A DNA stretch of 64,000 bases. Origin: Myxococcales bacterium (GTDB lineage Bacteria; Myxococcota_A; Polyangia; Polyangiales; DASUME01). Within the stretch, counting starts at the first letter, position 1. Each line of letters begins with the position of its first letter. Location of the stretch: assembly GCA_047601445.1 (NCBI GenBank), contig JASGJH010000001.1, forward strand, positions 320,001-384,000, read 5' to 3'. This document shows positions 56,592-64,000 of the stretch, piece by piece. The position numbers and the translations under genes were made by a program. The notes below the pieces were generated by a model. The model worked only from the letters and a program-made list of their open reading frames with translations. It was not told the origin of the DNA and ran no database searches.

Positions 56592-59013
56592 ATGGCCAAG
56601 TCGCTAGTCATCGTCGAGTCCCCGGCCAAAGCGAAGACCATTCAGAAATACCTCGGAAAAGACTACGAGGTAATGGCTTCGAAGGGCCACATCAAGGATC
56701 TGCCCAAGCGTGGTGGCGTCGACGTCGATAAGGACTTCGAAGAGACCTACGAGATCATCGAAGAGAAGGGCAAAGGAGACATCGTCAAGGCCATCCGCGA
56801 GAAGGCCAAGAAGGTGGATCAAGTCCTGCTTGCGATGGACCCGGATCGCGAGGGAGAGGCCATCGCGGCCCATATCCTCCAGGAGGTCAAGGCCGCGGAG
56901 CCCGAGCGTACCGCCCGACGTGTCCTCTTTAATCGAGATCACGAAGAAGGGCGTCTACGAGGGCCTGTCGCACCCTCGCGACATCGACGAACACCTGTAC
57001 GAGGCGCAGCGCACCCGCCGCGTGCTGGACCGCATCGGTGGCTACCCGCTCTCCAACCTGCTGTGGCGCAAGTTGGCGTTCGGGCTCTCGGCAGGCCGCG
57101 TGCAGACGCCCGCGCTGCGACTCATCGTGGACCGCCAGCGCGAGATCGATGCGTTCGTGCCGGTCAGCTACTGGATCGTCGACGTTGCGCTCAAGGGCAA
57201 GGCCGAGCGCAACTTCACGGCCCTGCTGGACTCGGTGAACGGTCAGAAGCTCGAGAAGGTGAGCTCGCGTCCGTCGGCCACCACCGAGCTCGAGGCGCAG
57301 CGCTACGTCAACGACCTCAAGCGCGCCAAGTTTCGCGTCGCGGGCATCACCAAGCGTCAATCGAAGCGCAAGGCGCCCGCCCCGTACACCACGTCGAAGC
57401 TGCAGCAGGACGCATCGACGCGCCTCAGCATGCAGCCCAAGCGCACCATGCGCGTGGCGCAGGGGCTCTACGAAGGTGTCTCCATCGGCAAGGGCAAAGA
57501 GGCAGAGCTCGTCGGTCTCATCACGTACATGCGTACCGACAGCATGCGCGTGTCCGATGATGCCGTCGCCGAGGTGCGCGGCCTGATCGAGAAGAACTAC
57601 GGCAAGGGCTTCCTGCCGAGCGAGCCCAACGTCTTCAAGAGCAAGAACCAGCAGAACGTGCAGGACGCCCACGAGGCGATCCGCCCGACGCGCCTGGACC
57701 TGCCCCCCGACGCCGTGGGGGAGTACCTCAAGGACGAGCAGCTCAAGCTCTACAGGCTGATCTGGGATCGCTTCGTCGCGAGCCAGATGACGCCCGCGGT
57801 GTACGACCAGACCAGCGTGGAAATCGAGGGCAAGGTCGACGATCGTGCCTACGGGTTGCGCGTCAGCGGCAGCGTGTTGCGTGAGGCCGGTTGGCGCAAG
57901 GTCTACGGGGCTGGCGAGACCACGCTGGCAGGCGAAGAAGAGGGCGCCGCACCCACGGACGAAGACAACACGCTGCCGCCCATGGAGGAGAACGAGGGAC
58001 TGAGCCTCGTGGACCCGCCTGGCGTGGTGAGCACACACAAGCAAACCGAGCCGCCGCCCTACTTCAACGAAGCGAGCCTCGTGAAGAAGCTCGAGGAAGA
58101 GGGCATCGGGCGCCCCAGCACGTACGCCGAGATCTTGAGCAAGGTGCTCGCGCGCGACTACGTGGTGAAGGTCGAGAACAAGCTGGTGGCCAGCGACCTC
58201 GGCAAGCTCGTGATCGAGAAGCTCGTGGAGGATCGCTTCGATCTCGCGGACATCAGCTTCACGCGCAAGCTCGAGGAGGACCTCGACGCCATCGCCGACG
58301 CGCGGCTACGCCGGCTCGACGTGCTCAAGCCGTTCCATCAGCGCCTCACCAACCAGATCGAGAAGGCGCTCGAGCACAAGGGCAAGTGGTGGCCCGACCC
58401 CGAGCCGCTCGAGGAGCCCTGTCCCGACTGCGGCAAGACGCTGGTCAAGCGCTGGGGCAAGAACGGGCCGTTCATCGGCTGTACGGACTACCCGGACTGC
58501 AAGTACACGCGCGACCTCGGCGTCAGCGGTGAGGAGGCGGACAGCCGCAAGCCCACCATGACGGACTACACGTGCAACGAGTGTGGCTCCAAGATGATGA
58601 AGCGCTGGGGCCGCAACGGGTTCTTCCTGGGTTGCTCGGCGTATCCCAAGTGCAAGGGGACGCGACCCATGCCGCTCGGCGTGAAGTGTCCCAAGTGCAC
58701 CACCGGCGACATCATCGAGATCAAGAGCAAGGGCCGCGGTCGCGTGTTCTACGGCTGCAGCAACTACAACGTCGAGAGCATCAAGTGCGACTTCAAGTCG
58801 TGGCAGAAGCCGGTGGACCTCCCGTGCCCTGACTGCGGCGCCAAGTTCCTGGTGCGCGCAGGCAAGAACGACGAGCCGGGCATCTACAAGTGCCTGACCG
58901 AGAGTTGCGGCTTCCAGCGCGACGAGACGCCCGAGGAGTTCGGCGGCGAAGGCAAGGCGGGCAAGAGCGGCACGCACGGCCTCGACGCCACCGGCACCGG
59001 CGACGACGACTGA
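56592..59013 (+). CDS. topA: DNA topoisomerase I, split by a +1 frameshift near 56931-56934
   Basis: [26 protein letters not shown] across the shift, [22 protein letters not shown] and C-terminal zinc ribbons. Confidence 0.93.
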
Positions 59014-59017
59014 GCCC

Positions 59018-60364
59018 ATGGCGCACGTCGTAGTCATCGGTGCGGGTCTGGCCGGATCCGAGTGTGCGTTTCAGCTGGCCGAGCAAGGGGTGGACGTCAC
59101 GCTGGTGGAGCAGAAGCCAGCGCGGCGCACGCCTGCGCAGCAGCACGACTTCTTCGCGGAGCTGGTGTGCTCCAACAGCTTCCGCGGTGCCGACCTCGCC
59201 AACGCCGTGGGGTTGATCAAGGAAGAGATGCGCCGCGTGGGCTCGCTGGTGATGCAGGCCGCGGATCTCACGCGGGTGCCCGCTGGCGGGGCCTTGGCCG
59301 TCGATCGCGAGAAGTTCGGCCACGAGATCACCCAGCGCCTCAAGGATCATCCGCGCATCCGCGTGGAGTGCCGTGAGGTCACGGAGCTGCCGACGGAGCG
59401 ACCGCTGGTGTTGGCCACGGGGCCCCTCACGGGGGATGCCCTGGCGGCCGATTTGGCGCGCTTGATCGGGCTCGATCAGCTCGCTTACTACGACGCCATC
59501 GCTCCCATCATCGCGGCTGACAGCATCGACTGGGACAAGGTCTTTCGGGCCTCGCGCTACGACAAGGGTGGCGACGATGCCTACGTGAATTGTCCGCTGA
59601 ACAAGGAGCAGTACGAGGCCTTCGTCGACGCGGTGCTGGGCGCGGAGAAGGTCGCAGCGCGCGACTTCGAGGAGCTGCGCTACTTCGAGGGCTGCCTACC
59701 CATCGAAGTGATGGCGGAGCGCGGCCGACGCACGCTGGCCTTCGGCCCCATGAAACCCGTGGGCCTGACCGATCCCAAGACCGGGCGCTGGCCCCACGCC
59801 GTGGTGCAGCTGCGTGTGGAGGACGGCGCGGCCACCGCCTACAACATGGTGGGCTTCCAGACGCGCATGAAGTTCCCCGAGCAGAAGCGGGTGTTCGGCT
59901 TGATCCCGGGCCTGGAGAACGCAGAGTTTCAGCGCTTCGGGAGCGTGCACCGCAATACCTTCGTGAACTCGCCGGTGGTGCTAAGCGACGACTTCGATCT
60001 CAAGGCTGCGCCCGGCGTGTACTTGGCCGGACAGATCTCCGGGGTCGAGGGCTATATCGAGAGCGCGGCGGCCGGCTTGTGCATCGGGCGCCTGGTGGCC
60101 CAGCGCGTGCGAGGCGAGGTGCCCACGCCTCCGCCGGCCACCACGGCGCTCGGGGCGCTGCTCAGGCATTTGCGCCGGCCCAGCGACAACTTCCAGCCTT
60201 CCAACGTGGTCTGGAGCATGTTCCCCGAGCTGCTCGACGCGACCCTACAGCACAAGAAGAACAAGGGGTTGCGGCGGGAGGCCATGGTGCAGCGCGCCTT
60301 GGCGGACCTCGAAAGTTGGCGGCGCGGTGTGCCCGCGGGCGAGACTAGTCAGAGCGTCGCCTGA
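59018..60364 (+). CDS. trmFO: Methylenetetrahydrofolate--tRNA-(uracil-5-)-methyltransferase
   Basis: [42 protein letters not shown] and [10 protein letters not shown] motifs. Confidence 0.95.
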   Translation: MAHVVVIGAGLAGSECAFQLAEQGVDVTLVEQKPARRTPAQQHDFFAELVCSNSFRGADLANAVGLIKEEMRRVGSLVMQAADLTRVPAGGALAVDREKFGHEITQRLKDHPRIRVECREVTELPTERPLVLATGPLTGDALAADLARLIGLDQLAYYDAIAPIIAADSIDWDKVFRASRYDKGGDDAYVNCPLNKEQYEAFVDAVLGAEKVAARDFEELRYFEGCLPIEVMAERGRRTLAFGPMKPVGLTDPKTGRWPHAVVQLRVEDGAATAYNMVGFQTRMKFPEQKRVFGLIPGLENAEFQRFGSVHRNTFVNSPVVLSDDFDLKAAPGVYLAGQISGVEGYIESAAAGLCIGRLVAQRVRGEVPTPPPATTALGALLRHLRRPSDNFQPSNVVWSMFPELLDATLQHKKNKGLRREAMVQRALADLESWRRGVPAGETSQSVA

Positions 60365-60387
60365 GCCCTTCGCCCGCTGTAACCTCC

Positions 60388-60825
60388 ATGACCGACATTC
60401 CCCCATCGCCCATCCACGAACGCCGCCGCCGGTTCGTCAAGAGACTCGGCTTTGCGCTGTCTGCGCTGATGGTGCTGCTCGTGCTCTCCATCTTCGCGCT
60501 CATCGTCCGCACCGAGAGTGCCCACGACGAGAGCACGTGCCCCTTCGCGCGCCACAGCGAGCGCTCGCAGGGCGAGGCCCATGTGGTGGAGGAGTCGCGC
60601 AGCTGCGTTCCCGAGGCCGAGGAGCATCGCTGGATCGTCGAGCGGCCCGGCCAGGCTCCACTCGAGTTCGCGCGCAAGAGGCTCGATAAGCAGCGCTTCT
60701 CCGATACGCATTTCAATTGGCAGCTGGAGCAGGACGAGCACCAGAGCCTGGTGATCAAGCTCTATGTGGACGGTCAGATGTTCAGCGAGTTCCGCGAGGC
60801 CGACGCGCGCGGGGCACCGCGGTGA
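60388..60825 (+). CDS. Hypothetical single-TM protein
   Basis: Basic N-terminus, one TM and a periplasmic domain with two Cys; stop overlaps the xerC start (GTGA). Confidence 0.7.
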   Translation: MTDIPPSPIHERRRRFVKRLGFALSALMVLLVLSIFALIVRTESAHDESTCPFARHSERSQGEAHVVEESRSCVPEAEEHRWIVERPGQAPLEFARKRLDKQRFSDTHFNWQLEQDEHQSLVIKLYVDGQMFSEFREADARGAPR

Positions 60826-61751
60826 ACGCGCTGGCGGGGCAGATCGATCGCTTCGAGCGATACCTGAGCACCGAGCGGCGCGCGTCGCCGCGCACCGTCA
60901 CCACCTATTTGCGTGACCTTCGCCTGCTCGAGAAGTCCCTCAGCGAGCAGCCCCAAAAGTGCGACGCCAACGTCCTGACCACGCGTGATCTGCGCGCCTT
61001 CCTGGCGTCGTTCCCCGAAGCGCGCGAGCCGGCTACGCTGATCCGCAAGGTGTCGGCCCTGCGTGCCTTCTATCGCTTCTTGCTGCGTCGCAAGCTCGCC
61101 GAGCGCAATCCGGCAGCGGACCTCAAGACGCCCAAGCTCAAGCGCAAGCTGCCCACGTTTCTCGCCGTGGAGAAGGCCAACGAGACCACCGAGATGCCCA
61201 CTGCCGTCGGCACGCGCGCGCAACACCTGCGCGACCGCGCGCTGCTCGAGGTGCTCTATGGCTCGGGCGTGCGCGTCAGCGAGCTGTGCGGTCTCGACCG
61301 CGACGCGGTGGACCTTGCGACCGGCACCGCGCGTGTGCTCGGCAAGGGCAACAAGGAGCGCATCGTGCCGCTCGGGAGTCCGGCCCGCGTGGCCATCGCC
61401 GAGTACCTGAGCGTGCGGCACGAGCTGCACGACGCCAAGACTCACCGACAGGATCCCCAGGCCCTGTTCCTGAGCGCGCGTGGCGCGCGCCTCGGAGTGC
61501 GCCAGGTGCAAAAGCTGGTCAAGCGCTATGGCATGCTGGCCACCGGCACGGCCGCGCTCCATCCGCACGCGCTGCGCCACAGCTGCGCTACGCATCTGCT
61601 CGACGCAGGGGCCGATCTGCGCAGCATTCAAGAGCTGCTCGGCCACGCGAGCCTCTCCACGACCCAGCGCTACACCCACGTGAGCATGGATCAACTGCAG
61701 GCCGTGTATGCCAAGGCGCATCCGCTGGCACGGGCACGCAAGGAAGCCTGA
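60822..61751 (+). CDS. xerC: Tyrosine recombinase XerC
   Basis: LYGSGVRVSEL, GKGNKER, HPHALRHSCATHLL and LGHASLSTTQRYT; trmFO-hslV context. Confidence 0.9.
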   Translation: MNALAGQIDRFERYLSTERRASPRTVTTYLRDLRLLEKSLSEQPQKCDANVLTTRDLRAFLASFPEAREPATLIRKVSALRAFYRFLLRRKLAERNPAADLKTPKLKRKLPTFLAVEKANETTEMPTAVGTRAQHLRDRALLEVLYGSGVRVSELCGLDRDAVDLATGTARVLGKGNKERIVPLGSPARVAIAEYLSVRHELHDAKTHRQDPQALFLSARGARLGVRQVQKLVKRYGMLATGTAALHPHALRHSCATHLLDAGADLRSIQELLGHASLSTTQRYTHVSMDQLQAVYAKAHPLARARKEA

Positions 61752-61835
61752 GCGGTCCTCGCCTCGCTTCGCTGCCGCGAACTGGATCGCATGGGCGGAG
61801 TCGGGCGCTCTCGCCGGAACGCGGGCCGGCGCCCA

Positions 61836-61864
61836 TTGACACGCGGGCGTGCCATTCTTACGAG
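61836..61864 (+). promoter_or_regulatory. Candidate promoter for hslVU
   Basis: TTGACA-N17-TACGAG, 9 bp before the hslV ATG; the -10 is weak. Confidence 0.4.
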
Positions 61865-61873
61865 TGGTAGGTC

Positions 61874-62425
61874 ATGCCCCCAAAACCGGAATTTCGCTCC
61901 ACGACCATCGTCGCCGTCCGCAAAGATGGCCGCGCCGCCATGGCGGGTGACGGACAGGTCTCGCTCGGCCAGACCGTGCTGAAAGACAAGGCCAGGAAGG
62001 TCCGGCGTATCGGCGAGGGCGGCAAGGTGTTGGTGGGCTTCGCGGGCGCCACCGCGGACGCATTCGCCCTGCTCGAGCGCCTGGAGCAGAAGCTCAAGGA
62101 GCACCGCGGGAGTCTGCCGCGCGCCGCCGTCGAGCTGGCCAAGGACTGGCGCACGGACCGTTCATTGCGCCGCCTCGAAGCCATGATGATCGCGATGGAC
62201 GCCAGCCACACCCTGCTCCTGAGCGGCACCGGCGACGTGGTCGAACCCGACGACGGAGTGATCGCCATCGGCTCGGGCGGCATGTACGCGCTAGCAGCGG
62301 CGCGCGCGCTCTTGCGGAACTCGAGCCTCTCGGCGGCGGAGATTGCGCGCGAGTCCATGAAGGTGGCCGGAGAGATCTGCGTGTACACCAACCACGAGCT
62401 GGTGCTGGAGGAGGTGGCCTCGTGA
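61874..62425 (+). CDS. hslV: ATP-dependent protease peptidase subunit HslV
   Basis: [34 protein letters not shown] and IGSGG motifs. Confidence 0.96.
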   Translation: MPPKPEFRSTTIVAVRKDGRAAMAGDGQVSLGQTVLKDKARKVRRIGEGGKVLVGFAGATADAFALLERLEQKLKEHRGSLPRAAVELAKDWRTDRSLRRLEAMMIAMDASHTLLLSGTGDVVEPDDGVIAIGSGGMYALAAARALLRNSSLSAAEIARESMKVAGEICVYTNHELVLEEVAS

Positions 62426-63831
62426 GTGCTTCCCAGTCCTTCACGCCGCGCGAAATCGTGAGTGAGCTCGACCGTTACATCGTGGGGCAAGCCAAAGCCA
62501 AGCGCGCCGTCGCCATCGCGCTGCGCAACCGCTTCCGCCGTCAGCGCGTGCCCGCGGAGCTGCGCGACGAGATCGCTCCCAAGAACATCATCATGATCGG
62601 ACCCACTGGCGTGGGAAAGACCGAGATCGCGCGCAGGCTCGCCAAGCTCGCTCAGGCGCCGTTCGTGAAGGTCGAAGCCACCAAGTTCACCGAGGTGGGC
62701 TACGTGGGACGCGACGTCGAGTCCATGATCCGCGACCTGGTGGAGCAGGCCATCGAGCTGGTGCGCTCCGAACAAGTGGAGACCGTGAAGACGCGGGCGG
62801 TCCAGCTGGCCGAGGAACGCCTGGTCAAGCTGATCGCGCGCCCGACCGCCAAGCCCCCTGAACCTGCCCAACCTGCCCAATCGTTCGGCCCCTTCAACTT
62901 CGCGTGGCCCGCGGGCCAGAAGGACTCGGAGCCCAGCATCCCCGAGTCGGAGCTGAGCGACACGCGCAAGCGCCTGCGCGCCAAGGAGTTCGAGGAGCGC
63001 CTGGTGGAGATCGACGTGGAGGAGCCCACGGGTTCGCCGCTGGTCTCGCTCTTCGGCGGGCCTGGCATGGAAGACATCGAGCGTAAGATGGGCGAGATGT
63101 TGGGTGGCCTGCCGGGCATGAAAGGGCGCTCCAAGCGACGCAGCTTGCGCGTGGCCGATGCGCGGAAGATCCTCGAGCAGCAAGAGGCGGAGCGTCTCAT
63201 CGACATGGACGCCGTGAAGCGCTTGGCCGTGGAGCGCACCGAGCAGAGCGGCATCGTGTTCCTCGATGAAATCGACAAGATTGCCTCTCGCGGCGGCATG
63301 CACGGGCCGGACGTTTCGCGCGAGGGGGTGCAGCGCGACCTGTTGCCGGTGGTCGAGGGCAGCACCGTGAGCACCAAGTACGGGCCGGTCAAAACCGACC
63401 ATATCCTGTTCATCGCCGCGGGGGCTTTCCATGTCTCCGAGGTGAGCGACTTGATCCCGGAGCTGCAGGGGCGCTTCCCGGTGCGTGTGGAGCTCGAGTC
63501 GCTCACGAAAGCGGATTTCGTGCGCATCCTGACCGAGCCCAAGAACGCCCTGACGCGCCAGTACAAGGCCCTGATGGCCACCGAGGGCATCGAGCTGACC
63601 TTCACCGACGGGGCCATCGAGTCCCTCGCCGGCTACGCGGCCGAGGCCAACGAGCGCGCCGAGAACATCGGGGCCCGCCGCCTCCATACCATCCTGGAAG
63701 CACTGCTCGACGACCTGAGCTTCAAGGCCAGCGAGATGACCGAGCGCGAAGTCTTGATCGACGAGCACAAGGTCCAGGCCACCCTGGCGCCCATCCTGGC
63801 CAACGAAGACCTCGCCAAGTACATCCTGTAG
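62422..63831 (+). CDS. hslU: ATP-dependent protease ATPase subunit HslU
   Basis: [45 protein letters not shown] and NIGARRL motifs. Confidence 0.97.
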   Translation: MSASQSFTPREIVSELDRYIVGQAKAKRAVAIALRNRFRRQRVPAELRDEIAPKNIIMIGPTGVGKTEIARRLAKLAQAPFVKVEATKFTEVGYVGRDVESMIRDLVEQAIELVRSEQVETVKTRAVQLAEERLVKLIARPTAKPPEPAQPAQSFGPFNFAWPAGQKDSEPSIPESELSDTRKRLRAKEFEERLVEIDVEEPTGSPLVSLFGGPGMEDIERKMGEMLGGLPGMKGRSKRRSLRVADARKILEQQEAERLIDMDAVKRLAVERTEQSGIVFLDEIDKIASRGGMHGPDVSREGVQRDLLPVVEGSTVSTKYGPVKTDHILFIAAGAFHVSEVSDLIPELQGRFPVRVELESLTKADFVRILTEPKNALTRQYKALMATEGIELTFTDGAIESLAGYAAEANERAENIGARRLHTILEALLDDLSFKASEMTEREVLIDEHKVQATLAPILANEDLAKYIL

Positions 63832-64000
63832 GGCAGGGCGGCCGGCGCAGACCAGGACCCCGTCACGGCTCGGCTTTCCCGCCCGCTGACCCCGACCTCG
63901 CGAACGCTGGCCCGGGAGCGCACCGGGTCGAGACACGGGAGGGCTTTATCGGTCGGGACCTCGGTGCTATTCCCTGCGCCCTCGACCATGCAGGACCTGA

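Noticed and set aside
56592..59013. topA and gspL as true pseudogenes
   Set aside because: Each has a single indel with otherwise intact motifs, in a shared sequence context, so sequencing error is more likely.
60822..61751. Tyrosine recombinase as a prophage or island integrase
   Set aside because: It lies in the housekeeping trmFO-xerC-hslVU context with no att repeats, tRNA or phage genes.
300..63936. Many long antisense or alternate-frame ORFs (e.g. 300-2081, 14927-17347, 46035-48647, 50495-52780, 61858-63936)
   Set aside because: Shadow ORFs expected in high-GC coding DNA. They overlap genes with clear motifs and have no recognisable domains.
63988..64000. ATG CAG GAC CTG start of a next gene (argB often follows hslU)
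   Set aside because: Only four codons are visible, too few to support a call.

Overview
GC-rich bacterial chromosomal window, most likely Myxococcota (Polyangiales/Sandaracinaceae-like). This is inferred from gspN, DAG/GDG-linker lipoproteins, kinase-ATPase-TPR proteins and the dprA-topA-trmFO-xerC-hslVU block. Left third (minus strand): a sigma54-dependent response regulator, a type II secretion operon (gspC-D-E-F-G'-G-H-I-J-K-L-M-N, no gspO), then an RpoH-family sigma factor, rsmI and a Kelch lipoprotein. Middle: ftsH, a metallophosphoesterase, a 7Fe ferredoxin, TetR, MFS, a PQQ-dehydrogenase/diheme lipoprotein pair, an MBL hydrolase, dusB, a Cys-repeat lipoprotein, a queD-like gene, an esterase, fabI, a pseudokinase-STAND-TPR protein opposite a dual-specificity phosphatase, several small genes, an ECF-sigma-like/Ser-Thr kinase fusion, a beta-propeller lipoprotein, an L,D-transpeptidase and an LTA-synthase-like gene. 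Right end: a YraN-like membrane protein and dprA-topA-trmFO-orf-xerC-hslV-hslU. No rRNA, tRNA, CRISPR or mobile element was seen. Most notable: (i) a sigma54 promoter with paired GACA-N3-TGTC enhancer-like sites ahead of the T2SS, echoed at the regulator's own promoter; (ii) a membrane-anchored sigma-kinase fusion; (iii) a multi-hairpin leader ahead of a five-unit C-x11-C repeat lipoprotein; (iv) a pseudokinase-STAND/phosphatase pair; (v) three +1 frameshifts in the same TCGAG context, probably sequencing errors. All product calls come from motifs recognised by eye; no database searches were run.
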